From contig NMRA01000173.1 of the NCBI GenBank assembly GCA_002633005.1, positions 340,534 to 404,533 of the forward strand: a stretch of 64,000 bases of DNA, given 5' to 3'. The first letter of the stretch is position 1; each line of letters begins with the position of its first letter. Made by a program: the position numbers and the translations under genes. Positions 36,908 through 49,318 of the stretch are shown here, in pieces. The notes beneath the pieces are model-generated. The model saw only the letters and a program-made list of their open reading frames with translations. It did no database searches and was not told the origin of the DNA. This DNA comes from Phoronis australis (lineage: Eukaryota; Animalia; Phoronida).

Positions 36908-37486
36908 CTGTTTTATGACGACAAGAATCTCCACCACCAGCAGTCCAAAATACACAATGATTACATCCCAGGTAAGGTCAAATCGTAAATGAGGTACATT
37001 CAGATCTTTGGAGAATAAAACAACCACCTTGGCAACTTTGAGAGCCAGCGTGCAGACCCAGTATATCAGAAGCGAGACCAGAGAACGTGAGTTGTTCGAC
37101 ATCTCGACATTATGGTACAGAATTAGAGTGGCAGACGAGGCGAGGGCGGAGATGGTGGGTGTGAGGTATAGATGTAGCTGGGTTCGAGATTGAAGCGTCT
37201 GCGCTATAGCACCTTCACAGATCTCAAGTATATTGAAGAAGATGAGGAAGAGGTTGAAGACATAGCGGTAGTTATGCGCAATGAAATGCGGCCACGCTGC
37301 TTCATGCCACGATCCAATGTCATAACTCCGACGTGACTTTTTGTTGGCAAGCACCGCAATAGGTATTGTAATAATTATCAGTAAGACATGAGGGACAAAG
37401 GTGAACAAGTCAATCAAACACTCGTCATAAATCAATGTGCTGTTCTTAGACATCCATTTCTTGTGCCCACCACAGAAGACATCCAT
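36908..37486 (-). CDS. ABCC8/9: SUR-like coding exon 1 (entire TMD0)
   Basis: MDVFCGG... with five hydrophobic segments, 579 nt to CAG/GTATG; a pyrimidine-rich AG acceptor at 37594-37593 implies a non-coding exon further upstream. Confidence 0.93.
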
Positions 37487-38047
37487 TGTAGATGATTCAA
37501 CCTTATTCTGCAAGTTCCAACATAAGACACGACAGTTCAGTTTTCAGATCTTCTTACATAACTCAAGGGTTGACAACATCTTACTGGTAGAACTGAAAGG
37601 ACAAATGGATACAAACTGACTAGAAAGCCAACAGTGATTCTGTTAAAATCCACGGGAAAGTTTTTCCATAAGCCTCAGGCCTGCACTTTAAGATTGTGAT
37701 AGCGACCCTCGAACATTAGCCAATGGGCAAACTTTGGAACATCACAATATAAATGGCTGTTTGCACTCATATGAAACTTTCAGACACCATACTTTATGCA
37801 CTATTCTCCAAAATGCTGTTAGGGATTGATTTTTAAAATTTCCTCTTCTGCATGATGGGCTATGAAAAAATAGAACCTTAATGAAAAACCCAAAAGTAAC
37901 ATCAAATGAAAACAAATGACATTTCAAACAAAATTTGGTATTTGTGATACTTTTGTTTTTGCTATGGATGTAGCTTTCATTTTTGTTAAATTTTACTAAA
38001 AAGACATGGTCACTTGATCCAATTAATCACAGACTGGATTTACTAGT

Positions 38048-39609
38048 AAGGGCGAAGGCAACCTTTTTCCATGTCATTTTGAGCTAAAATAAGGTTGGTT
38101 GGTTACCCTAGACATATTTTCCACTTAATTACAGATTTTCGTAATTTTATTACTTACTCGTCCGCTACTCCGGAAGTGACGTTTTAGGAGGCAAGCATTT
38201 CGTGCCAATTTCTTTTCATATAGTCTGACTGTGAGAGCTGCCGAGTCAGTCATTGTTCTACTTCGGTTGTGTTAAGTTCCGTCGTCGTTTGCTTTCATTT
38301 ACTAGTCAGTCAACAGGCCACACTGTTGCTGCGTACCAGGATGTACTAATTATCGGCTCACGCGCGCTTTGGGACTACCTCTGCATCGCTTTCCGATGGA
38401 TGACACACTTCGCCGTACTTGGCTCGTTCGTGTGAAAAACGCAGCGTTACCCGTCCACGCAACGTACAAAGCAGTGGAGAATTACCGTGTGTGTGGCAAG
38501 CACTTTCTGCCGTCCGATTATGAAAGGGATTAGTACGCTGAACTGATGATGGTCCCTGCGAAACAACGTCTGAAGAAGGNNNNNNNNNNNNNNNNNNNNN
38601 NNNNNNNNNNNNNNNNNNNNNNNNNNNNNNNNNNNNNNNNNNNNNNNNNNNNNNNNNNNNNNNNNNNNNNNNNNNNNNNNNNNNNNNNNNNNNNNNNNNN
38701 NNNNNNNNNNNNNNNNNNNNNNNNNNNNNNNNNNNNNNNNNNNNNNNNNNNNNNNNNNNNNNNNNNNNNNNNNNNNNNNNNNNNNNNNNNNNNNNNNNNN
38801 NNNNNNNNNNNNNNNNNNNNNNNNNNNNNNNNNNNNNNNNNNNNNNNNNNNNNNNNNNNNNNNNNNNNNNNNNNNNNNNNNNNNNNNNNNNNNNNNNNNN
38901 NNNNNNNNNNNNNNNNNNNNNNNNNNNNNNNNNNNNNNNNNNNNNNNNNNNNNNNNNNNNNNNNNNNNNNNNNNNNNNNNNNNNNNNNNNNNNNNNNNNN
39001 NNNNNNNNNNNNNNNNNNNNNNNNNNNNNNNNNNNNNNNNNNNNNNNNNNNNNNNNNNNNNNNNNNNNNNNNNNNNNNNNNNNNNNNNNNNNNNNNNNNN
39101 NNNNNNNNNNNNNNNNNNNNNNNNNNNNNNNNNNNNNNNNNNNNNNNNNNNNNNNNNNNNNNNNNNNNNNNNNNNNNNNNNNNNNNNNNNNNNNNNNNNN
39201 NNNNNNNNNNNNNNNNNNNNNNNNNNNNNNNNNNNNNNNNNNNNNNNNNNNNNNNNNNNNNNNNNNNNNNNNNNNNNNNNNNNNNNNNNNNNNNNNNNNN
39301 NNNNNNNNNNNNNNNNNNNNNNNNNNNNNNNNNNNNNNNNNNNNNNNNNNNNNNNNNNNNNNNNNNTGGTGGCGACAATTGTTGAAAAACAGCATAAAAC
39401 AAAAGTAGAATAGAACAGATTCGCACGGTAAAGTCAACGCAAAACCAAGTGGCGGGAAACGCTTGCCTCCTAAAACGTCACTTCCGGAGTAGCGGATGAG
39501 TAATTTATAAAATTACGAAAAGCTGTAATTAAGTGAAAAATATGTCTAGGATAACCAACCAACCTTATTTTAGCTCAAAATGACATGGAAAAAGGTTGCC
39601 TTCGCCTTT
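38048..39609 (+). mobile_element. TIR DNA transposon with decayed THAP domain, centre lost in gap
   Basis: TIRs of about 155-160 bp (AAGGGCGAAGGCAACC... / ...GGTTGCCTTCGCCTTT), TAGT on both flanks. Confidence 0.85.
38315..38579 (+). pseudogene. THAP zinc-finger remnant
   Basis: PHCCCVPGCTN...LHRFP...RRTW...RVCGKHFLPSDYERD*...RLKK; AGG where the ATG is expected and one in-frame TAG. Confidence 0.85.
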
Positions 39610-39949
39610 TAGTCAAAAATCAAATTCTACAGGTTTGCAAAAGAAAATCCACTTTTAGTTTTATAGACTTCAATCCAAGTTAAATGCAATAGTTTTTAAA
39701 TAGGCCTACTTAGTTAAATACACCTACAAGTCGATAACGTGTTACATAACCTTAAGGAAACAACCGTCTACGCTGTACCACCTCCCTGGCATCCCTCCCT
39801 GCCCCTGGCCTTGTTGACTCGTGTGAGTTTTGTAGGGCCTACTACTACACTACTTCACTAGTAACTAGTTCGCATAATTGAAATCGACAGTGCCATTGTC
39901 TTGATTTGATCAAACCATATTTTCAACTGTCTTATTGATATTTAAACTG

Positions 39950-40480
39950 CACTAGTATCACTACAGTATGTAAGTAAATTCTTAAGGAAAATGTTGAAAA
40001 GCCTACTAGCTTCTGAAAGGCTTCGACACTTGGATTTGGAAGCAACCGCCTTGAAAATGTATACCGGAAATATAAGTTCACGTACGGCAGAAAGCACGAT
40101 AAATTGTTCGTTAGGAGGCGCTAATGTTTGGGCTGGGTGTGGCCAGGGCATGGACCCTCCCGGGCACTGACTGCTGAAGCTTTTAGCCTCAACAGTCACA
40201 TAAAACTTCCGACCACAATCTAATGACCATGCGGCTGAAAACCAACCGGTTATATTAATAACTGAAAGCAGAGACCGTAGAGAGGGTTAACGTCTTCATT
40301 GCTGAAAGCACGATTAGCCTCAGTAGTGCATGGTCGGCGTCGGTTTCAAAAACCAATGAATCCCGGCCTTGTCGCTCCCACCGCAGGGATCCGTGGTAAC
40401 TGACCGTGTGGGCGATAAAAAGTCGTCGTGCTAAATCATTCAATGAACTTATCTGACGACCGAGATACTAGGACCCGAAT
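39950..40480. promoter_or_regulatory. CpG-rich segment, candidate promoter or 5' non-coding exon of the SUR-like gene
   Basis: Local rise in CpG/GC upstream of coding exon 1; ETS-like CTTCCG/CCGGAA words; no transcript evidence. Confidence 0.3.
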
Positions 40481-40719
40481 CAAAGAATAACACATGTAAA
40501 TATCCATTTATGGCCACGTACAACACTGAGAAGTCAGGTTTTCTGCTGACGCAGCTCTTATCCTGCTCCTCTAATATCTAATTATGGAGGTGAACACGCA
40601 CCGAGGCTCCAATTACCAAGTCCCATTTTGATACAGAAGAAGCAACACTTTCTTGCTGAATTAAATAAATGAAGTCTAACTGTGTTAAGTATAATTACGC
40701 CGTAATTCAGTTGATAACG

Positions 40720-43081
40720 CAAAATTCACTCAATTTCATTCCTGCAAACATTCACTCTAAAGAATTATATTTTGACATTATCTTAATACTAGAATCATGG
40801 TTAACCACGACCAGCTGCCTTTCAGTCTTTCAAACTGTACAACATGTACTCCAAACCTGTGCATCTGGCTTATATGTTCAACACACGGTGGTCTTATCAC
40901 TTATACTACGTAAATGAAAATCTTCCTGTCAAAAAAGTTCAAGCTCTTGATACTTATTCTACGGTCGAAGGCCTACTTTACTTTTATCTTCATTATCAAC
41001 AAAATCATCTGCGTCGGTAACTTTTACAGACCGCTGACTTCACTCGTTTGAACCTTTCAGTTGACGTGTTTCTCTGTCCCATCATCGAAAACCTGCAGGT
41101 GCAGATTACAACTTAAATCTTCTAGAGAAACAAACAAATACTAAAGTTCAAACATTCCTGGATTTTATGACAAATCACAATTTAAGACCTTCAATTACAT
41201 ACCCTACACGTCTTAGCCCCAACTCAGTTCTTTACATCAACGTCATACGGTCACATACAGGCACTCTGGTATTCTTCTTTCTTTGATTTCAGACCACTGT
41301 CCTATCTTCATTGCTTCAAAAAAATAAAGAAACTCCACCCTAAACGCCCTACTTTCCTCTCAAAATATTCTTACACACTGCAAACAAAAACTCACTTTCT
41401 CAATACATAGCTTGCGAAACTGCAATATCATGAAAAAGCTAGACCACAGCTTAGATTGTGACCCCCAAGTCACAGCTCCGCAATATTCAATAATGCTTTG
41501 ACATATCTCACGAAAAAAACACTTTGGTTCAAAAAATGTTAGATATAATAAACACGAACACGCGCTTAACTCGTGGAGTACACTTGGCATTTAATGTCCA
41601 TTCGTTACCGAGATAAACCGTTGTACAAACAAACGAAGACAACCCGTCACAACACACAATCCTACGCTACATGCCACAACAATCTTAAAGTATACCACAA
41701 AATTCTCAAAAAACTATTGATTCCTCCAAGCAATTTTACTATTATGACACATTCGAAAAAGGGAAGTCTGACATGAATAAAACAAGGGATACAATAAAGA
41801 CAGTTATGAACAACGGCTTTCGAACGAAAATGATACCCCCAGAATGTCTCTTACGCTCAGATAACACTAAAACCAGTGACTTACCCGAAGTGGCAAGTTT
41901 ATTAAACACCTACTATATCCAATCGTCCCATACCTTTCTGAATCAATAACTATGATAAAACACAAGAATTTCAAAGACTATCTTCCCACGACAAACAAAT
42001 TTAAGTTCTCTTTCAAACCAATTAATAATAAACATGTACCCATTATTATAAGAGACATGGACGCAAAAAATAGTACTGGTCATGACAATTTATCATCTAA
42101 AATTTTAAAAATAAGCAGTCCTTTTATAATTGAACCTCTCACGACTATCATCAACCAGTGCTTGCTAACTGGTATATTTCCAGATGCTCTCAAGATTGCT
42201 AAGGCAATCCCAGTTTTTAAACAACATGGTTTGGACCCAGAGCACCCGGGCAATTGTAGACCCATTTCTATTCTCCCAACAATCTCAAACATTATAGAAA
42301 AAAATTATCCATACTCAACTTTCAACTTTCTTCAATGAAGATGATATTCTTAATAAACATCAATATGGTTTCAGGAAATGTCACTCTACAGAACTTGCTT
42401 CGCTTGAACTTTTAGACCGCATTTGCTCCCGTCTTGATAATGACATGAATACCCTGGTCATATTTCTCGATCTCTCTAAAGCTTTCGACACAATAGACCA
42501 CCAAATACTCTTGCAAAAGATAAATCACTATGGTATAACTGGAGTTTAATGTATACTGTTTAAAAATTATCTCTCAAGCCGCACCCAATATATTTCACTA
42601 AGAGATACAACTTCCAGTTGGCTACCAATATCTACGGAGTTTCCCAAGGCTCTGTCCTTGGCCCACTTCTCTTCTTTTTTTCTCCCATGGACACATTTCT
42701 TTATGCTGACGACACTTGCTTCGTCACACCTTACAAACTGACTGAATCTTCCTATCACTATTTACAGCAATAAACCACCAACAACAACCTTAACTCTATT
42801 TCAGACTGGTTTTCCGTGAACAAACTTTCAATTAACACATCAAAAATTAAATTAATGATCTTCCACTACCCCCTAAAGAAAATTGAAAAATGTATCATTC
42901 CCACCATTTATATAAATAGCAAAACAATATGTCATGTGAACAGTTTTCCTTTCCTTGGTATTACCGTTGACAAAAACCTCTCATGGTCCTCTCCCCACAT
43001 AAACCCATCTGAAACAAACTTAACATTCTCGGTGGATTCATATATAAATTGAAATCTTATCTTCCTCTTCCAGCTCTCAAG
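40720..43081 (+). mobile_element. Decayed non-LTR retrotransposon ORF2 (APE endonuclease + RT; CR1/L2-type)
   Basis: Frameshifted motifs DIILILESWL, GNFYRP, DYNLNLL, SDHCPIF, GIFPDALKIAK, RPISILP, QYGFR, FLDLSKAFDTIDH, QGSVLGPLLF, YADDT, FLGITVDKNLSW. Confidence 0.92.
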
Positions 43082-43085
43082 TTAA

Positions 43086-43915
43086 GGTAGGTGTATACAC
43101 TGATCAAATCTCCAGGTTCCTAACTAAAATGAGTAAAAAGGGAGTTTTAACTAGTTAGACATGACTCTGAAAGTGACAGAAATCGAAAAAAAATGTTTTT
43201 TTTGTAGTTCGTTTTTTTAAAAAATCGTATTTTTTAATTTTCAACAAATCCAATTTTACCTTGAATTTTTTTTCAAAATGCACAGGGATCATCATCAACT
43301 ATTTCCTTACGCAATATTCTACTTATCCAAACCAAATATATGTACAAAATCATTATGATCTTGATTTTGTGGCATTTTTTGTGTGTGAGTTGGGGCAAGC
43401 ACTCCACTTTTTGTCATTTGGTCACTTTCCGTCTAATAACTAAAAATCTGGTCCCTTTATCAAAAAACCCTGGCACGCGATTTTACTTCAGTCCAAGAGG
43501 ATTTCAAATTTGCAACTTTCGTTAAAATTGACCCACGTGTTGTGGAAAAATAGGCCCGAGAATCGTGTCACTATCCTGAAATCACGAGCCGAGAAAAACG
43601 GCTTTGAAGTTAAGCGGTCATCGATTGCCACTTGAGATCAAATTTCGTTCAGGATGCGTGGTCATTATGTTCCAATTTTTGTTGAAGTACTAGAAATAAA
43701 GCTGATATTTACTTCATATTTAGAAAATGTGACATACCTGTTTGTTTACAGCGTAATTTTAATCATTTTTTCGAACTTATGATGCACGACAGACGACCAA
43801 AACAAATATGGCTGTCACGTGGGCGGAGCTTAGCGTTGATCTATTGTCTGCTGTACTGGTGTGCCGACCACCATGTGTTGATTGTTTATACGATTCATCT
43901 GAACTCTCCACTCAG
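43086..43915 (+). mobile_element. Kolobok-like non-autonomous element, left part, inserted into the LINE
   Basis: TTAA|GGTAGGTGTATACAC start; first 150 bp are the reverse complement of 48787-48933; ends at N gap. Confidence 0.7.
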
Positions 43916-43938
43916 NNNNNNNNNNNNNNNNNNNNNNN

Positions 43939-43980
<42 letters not shown>

Positions 43981-43992
43981 TCTCTCTCTCTC
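43939..43992. repeat. (CT)n microsatellite next to a gap
   Basis: Direct reading. Confidence 0.97.
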
Positions 43993-44597
43993 AGTGTAAT
44001 CCAGCAAATGTCGGTCACGTAGGTTGAAGTATCAGGACACGACTCTGCTGGGATTGATAGGATGGCACGTGAGTGCAAAGTAAAATAGTAATTTTCAACG
44101 GATGAATTCATAAATTAATGTCTTCGAATGCACCAAATTACATTCCAACGTTGGTGGTGTTGAAACGTAATTCTCAAACTACGAGACCTCTAGCTGAACC
44201 GAGAATAACGTGAAATCCGGCTCAGCTAGTTCAGTTTTGGCTGAAAGAAGGCATAAAGTGAATAGGTGTTGAAGATGCAAAATAGAAAAACGAACACGAA
44301 GAGGCCAACATTTTTATCTATGAAGATCAAAAGTATAAATTCCTCATACTCCTTGATGAGGTCACGAATGTATGAATAATTAATTAATGACGACGATTTC
44401 TGAACTGAAATATGCATTGCGAGAATATGTCACTGAAGACCAACCTGAGCATTTACACGGAGAACAGTAATTAGTCCAAGGTCTGTGACCATGAGCTTTG
44501 TTGTCATGACGGCAAATTTGTTATTCATAGAGACCGAACGATAAGTGTGTAAGTTGCATACGCTTCCTGTTGAAAATTGAACTAGGCCTTTACTCTC

Positions 44598-44830
44598 TAA
44601 AATCAGCCTTACATTTGTTACTTTGGTAAGTAAGATCAGCCTTACATTTGTTGCTTTGGTAAGTAAAATCAGCCTTACATTTTTTACTTTGGTAAGTAAG
44701 ATCTCAGCCGTACATTTGTTACTTTGGTAAATAAGATCAGCCTTCCATTTGTTGCTTTGGTAAGTAAAATCAGCCTTACATTTGTTACTTTGGTAAGTAA
44801 AATCAGCCTTACATTTGTTACTTTGGTAAG
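44598..44830. repeat. About 33-bp minisatellite, about 7 copies
   Basis: AAATCAGCCTTACATTTGTTACTTTGGTAAGTA. Confidence 0.95.
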
Positions 44831-45642
44831 AACCGCTTCCGATTTCCGTTACCAACTCAAGTCACAGGCAGTACATGCGCTATTTTCGAATTCGCAATGT
44901 TAGGCCAACCCCCATAAGTTCTAAATAGTTTTCTTTAGTCTTTATCGGATGGTTTCGATGTTCAGAAATAGAACCCTATTAATGTATGGGACATAATTTG
45001 ACATACCCGATTAAATGTTAAATTCGAATGGCGAAATGCAGGTTAACAGACTCATTGTCGTCTTCCCTCCACTCAACCTTTATTCTAGAGCACCCGGCAG
45101 TTTCTGTCTTTTCATCATGATTTCTGAAGAATATTTTCATTGGTTGAGCCTAAAGGATGACTGTAGAGAATTGTGGTCTATATTATTTTCATTGGCTGGA
45201 CCTAAAGGATGATTATAGAGAATTCTGTACTATATTAGGATCTAATTTGGATAAATATAATAAATCATCATTTCACAAAAAAACTAGGTTGCAACGGATT
45301 GGGACAGACTTCAACTTTTTCACTTCATGACTGTGGAACGACACGTGAAGCTGTCATTAATTATCCATTTCTTGAAGAAAACATCCTCTAGTTTGTTACC
45401 ACTGATCAAATTTTCTTTAAGTGTGTTTTTCAAAAAAAAACTGAAATAGCAACTGTTCAATGCGTGACTTCATATTATAAATAATCTCAAAATGTTATCA
45501 CGTCGCACGAAAACATATCTCAAAGTCTATGTAGCCGAGTTCGCACGGCAAAACGTTTTGTTGGAAAATGTCAGACACATTTCTAACAAATAAAATAAAG
45601 AAATGGAATTCGTAAATTTTGTGCAGAATACCGCATTCGTTT

Positions 45643-45833
45643 AAGGTTCTACGATATTCGTGAACAATGAAGGTTCTACGATATCCGTGAACAATGAAGG
45701 TACGACGATATCCGTGACCAATGAAGGTTCTACGATATCCGTGAACAATGAAGGTTCTACGATATCCGTGAACAATGAAGGTACGACGATATCCGTGAAC
45801 AATGAAGGTAAGACGATATCCGTGAACAATGAA
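45643..45833. repeat. 27-bp minisatellite x7
   Basis: AAGGTTCTACGATATCCGTGAACAATG. Confidence 0.96.
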
Positions 45834-46526
45834 GCTTTTAGAAAAAATACAATCACATACTTTTTCACGAATGAAATCCTTTCCTGAGATAATTGAGGAG
45901 CACGGTTTCATAGACTGACAGTTACTTCAAGTGGTATCTTTTTAAGTTGTGAATCAGTGTCTAATAGCTTTAAAGTGACCGGATAACTGTACGTCGAAAT
46001 AAACAACACATGCCATGCAATCTAAACGGCGGATCGTACAGGTTGTCAGAAAAATGCCTTTTTGCGGTAAAGTTGAAGAGCACTGGACGATCAATTATTG
46101 TAGCTGTTCATTTTTTGAGATTAATTGTACATTTCATTTTATTTTGTGTTGCAGTAAAACAAAATCGCCGAGAATGTTAACACCATTATTCTGTTTGTGT
46201 CTTCCGTTACACCAAACGCAGTAGAAGACTTTGGATGAGAAGTCACTGGTGGTAACAAGAATACTTAATAGAAATAAACGAGAATCATGATATTAGCATT
46301 GTATCAATGAGAACTGTACTAATTATGGCCTGGTTTTGATGACACAAGTTAACATTCAAACGCATTTTACATACCAGATTTCACACATCTCTGCTTTTAT
46401 TTTTGGATATATTTCCAATACGTTTTAAATATATTTCAACGTCATTTATCTGGAGACTCACGGGAAAAGTACGGGCAAATAAAAATAGTCGTTTCTTTAA
46501 ATACAATTTTACTATTTTTTAATAAA

Positions 46527-46718
46527 TTATGAATTTATATTGGATCCGCCTTCGGTTGTAGTTTCCGTATACCCAGTTTCGCTTGAACTTCCTAACGTGT
46601 CGCTGAATGAAGGATTGACTGCATTAGACCTGCCAATTCGTACATGTCGACCTTGGTTATATTTTGAGTATTCTTTTGTGATTGGATAATGCACTGTAGC
46701 TTTTTTCCGTTTGGCGGC
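46527..46718 (-). CDS. CUB-LDLa-TM gene, last exon (cytoplasmic tail to stop)
   Basis: AAKRKKATVHYPITKEYSKY...EGGSNINS*; tttcag acceptor, phase 0, open for 63 codons plus TAA. Confidence 0.75.
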   Translation of the reverse strand, partial: AAKRKKATVHYPITKEYSKYNQGRHVRIGRSNAVNPSFSDTLGSSSETGYTETTTEGGSNINS

Positions 46719-46769
46719 CTGAAAGTGAAATAAAGAAAACGGGATTGTATGTGTTTAGATAATATAAGG

Positions 46770-47030
46770 CACTTGTAAACAAGGGCTGGAGTGGAAAACA
46801 ACTCTTGCCACAGACCTGCAGGCCAGCCACACACTGTAAAAACTCTTGCCGCACACAAAAATAGTGCCACTGAACCTCAACTCCAACCCCACTCCGGCAT
46901 TTCTACCTCGCACAATTTTCCTACAATTGCCTGAGCGTGGTTAGAGTTCAGGTTCCGTGGTAAAAGTTTTTGCGGTGTGTGACGAGAGGTCCGTGGTAAG
47001 AGTTGGTTTTCACCCTCTGGTAAATTACAC
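46770..47030. mobile_element. Palindromic MITE-like element in last intron of the CUB-LDLa gene
   Basis: GAAAACAACTCTTGCCACAGACCT pairs with AGGTCCGTGGTAAGAGTTGGTTTTC; second inner IR. Confidence 0.5.
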
Positions 47031-47325
47031 TTTGAAAAACGAACACCACGATAATGTCCTTACGATATTTTGAAAGAAAAACGTAATACATCTTAACGAA
47101 CACCTACCTTGGAACGTGCAGAACTTTAACAAAAGTAATAACACGTTTCGACAAGACTGCACCCAAAACCGTAAAAAAACATGGGATGGACTTTCTTAAA
47201 TTGGCCTGTAGAAGCAGCCAATAATACCAAAATTTCAGTTCATGGTCTACGTGAAATCAATCTCAATTACGTAGTCCCACAAATTTAAGTTACAATGAAA
47301 AGAGCTTAAGACATAAAAAATCTAC

Positions 47326-47501
47326 CTCAATTTCCCAGGGCATTGGTCCAATCTCGTGTGCTTCCAGAAATTGCTTCAACTTGAGCTGTCTGTGTATAAT
47401 AACACCAACGCACACCAACAAAGTCACCAAGACAACACCTGCTGTGACGAGACCGATAATCAAGCCCAGACCAATCGTTTTTTCTTCCTTTGCCTTTTCG
47501 G
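47326..47501 (-). CDS. CUB-LDLa-TM gene, transmembrane exon
   Basis: IGLGLIIGLVTAGVVLVTLLVCVGVII followed by basic HRQLKLK; tag/GTAGA; phase matches LDLa exon. Confidence 0.88.
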
Positions 47502-47855
47502 CTAAAAAAGAAACACGTGTACCGTTGTTATCAAAAACATTCTTTTGGCGAATATTTTGACACGACAGACAGACACAGCACTGGATTAGTTCAGGCTCAT
47601 CGGTGATGTGATCCGCAGCTAGCCCAACTAATTGTTCAAATCAGCAGAAAGACGAAAAAATAACCAATTGACGACACAATTAAAAACAAATTTTTAATGT
47701 CAACAAAAGAATTGCAGTCCAAAATCAAGTTTTCAGAAAATTTGAAGTACATTGTCACACTACGAGGGCTGAAATTTCCTGAACGTATTCCCACGGATTT
47801 TTGTTTAATAATTAATTGCTCACGATAACAAATGCAATTTAATTTCGCGGCTCAC

Positions 47856-47969
47856 CTATGCAAGAGCTCTCGTCGGAGTCGTCTCCACACTGACTGTATT
47901 CGTCGCATTTTTGAACCTGTGGCACGCAGTAACTGTTGTTACACGAAAACTGATCGTCAGTACAAGGAC
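47856..47969 (-). CDS. CUB-LDLa-TM gene, LDL-receptor class A exon
   Basis: GPCTDDQFSCNNSYCVPQVQKCDEYSQCGDDSDESSC: six Cys and the DxSDE motif; phase 1-1 exon. Confidence 0.93.
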   Translation of the reverse strand, partial: VLVLTISFRVTTVTACHRFKNATNTVSVETTPTRALA

Positions 47970-48786
47970 CTAAGGGATAGATAATGGGAGGAGATGACGT
48001 TTAGGACAATACACGGCACACTTGTTCACATAAATGACATCGACTGTGACTGATTGCGTCATAAACATGTAGTAGCGAGACGTCTGCCAGCGATACTTTT
48101 TATGCTCCAAGGAAATTAGGATCACCCTTTCAAAGGGCAAACACAGTCAAGACTACCCCTATATGATCAACACGGTTGAAATTAGTATATTTGTAGGAAG
48201 AATCCTTGAAACGTTATCATTTCCTAGAGTTTTTCTCTTTAAATAAATAATAAGCATTTTGTAGAGATTGAATCTCAGGCAAAATGTTTATTTAATAAAT
48301 TAACATTGAAAAAACCCTAAAACTTTTATCCTAAAAAGCCTAAATGAAGCATTAAAAATTTTGTGGGACTAAACTTGCCAATCAAAACAGAGAACCCTTT
48401 CGTAGGACGTTCATTTGCAATATGGCGTTGATGATGGCCGCCAATCTGAGCCGCATACCCTTTCTGCACCTTTTGAGACAAGCCTCTACAGGGACAGGGG
48501 TCGGTTCTATCAACGACATTTGCCCAGTTGCGGCTCAGACCTTCGTTAGACTTTAATCGGAACACATTAAAACGGTTCGTAAAAATGTGAATACAATATC
48601 AAGCTGAAAAGTTCCAATGTTCCGTTCAAATAACATCGCCTATTTATCACATGCTTGCTATTGCCTTAGCTACTACGACCTTTGATAATTAAACATTGAA
48701 GTAAAAATAATTGCAGGCGGTCTGATACACGTTGTACCAGACGTGCGCAGGCCGCGCATGCGGGCCCATTGCACTGATCACCTGGN

Positions 48787-48933
48787 AAATACGATTTTTT
48801 AAAAAAACAAACTACAAAAAAACATTTTTTTTTCGATTTTTGTCACTTTCAGAGTCATGTCTAACTAGTTAAAACTCCCTTTTTACTCATTTTAGTTAGG
48901 AACCTGGAGATTTGATCAGTGTATACACCTACC
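48787..48933 (-). mobile_element. Terminal repeat of another copy of the same Kolobok-like family
   Basis: GTGTATACACCTACC|TTAA; empty site for this insertion visible at 48553-48556. Confidence 0.75.
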
Positions 48934-49082
48934 TTAATCGGAACACATTAAAACGGTTCGTAAAAATGTGAATACAATATCAAGCTGAAAAGTTCCAATG
49001 TTCCGTTCAAATAACATCGCCTATTTATCACATGCTTGCTATTGCCTTAGCTACTACGACCTTTGATAATTAAACATTGAAG

Positions 49083-49318
49083 TAAAAATAATTGCAGGCG
49101 GTCTGATACACGTTGTACCAGACGTGCGCAGGCCGCGCATGCGGGCCCATTGCACTGATCACCTGGAACCATTTTTATGCTTTATTAATATATACTTAAA
49201 ACCGAGTTGAGGAGCTAGAAACCTGACTCAAAGGTTTAGCAGTGTGACCTAGTGGGATTCGAACCCACGACCTCGAGTAAACAAAGAAGGCACCCATGGC
49301 ACCAGGCCACACCGCCTC
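49083..49318 (-). mobile_element. tRNA-derived SINE, independent copy (partial duplicate at about 48702-48785)
   Basis: GAGGCGGTGTGGCCTGGTG A box, GGTTCGAATCC B box, same body. Confidence 0.8.

Larger units (their letters stand above)
1..37486 (-). other. ABCC8/9: SUR-type ABC transporter gene (ABCC8/ABCC9-like), 25 coding exons in window, 3' end beyond position 1
   Basis: TMD0 N-terminus MDVFCG...CLIDLFTFVPHVLL...HFIAHNYR...LHLY...YHNVEMSN resembles SUR1; NBD1 Walker A GEVGSGKS, signature LSGGQ, Walker B MMDD; NBD2 Walker A GRTGSGKS; all traced exons join in frame at GT-AG sites. Confidence 0.95.

Noticed and set aside
38543-38570. Hammerhead core CTGATGA...GAAAC...GTC (similar words at 51209 and 53142)
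   Set aside because: No pairable stem II; the first lies within THAP coding sequence and the others lack the required geometry
34246-39437. Long ORFs containing X runs
   Set aside because: Artefacts of N gaps; only the THAP frame at 38315-38579 is meaningful
43086-48933. One 5.8-kb composite transposon with TTAA flanks that captured three exons of the CUB-LDLa gene
   Set aside because: The right-hand end has its own empty site at 48553-48556 and follows an N, the left-hand copy sits in a LINE, and the gene reads continuously across the region; two separate insertions explain it better
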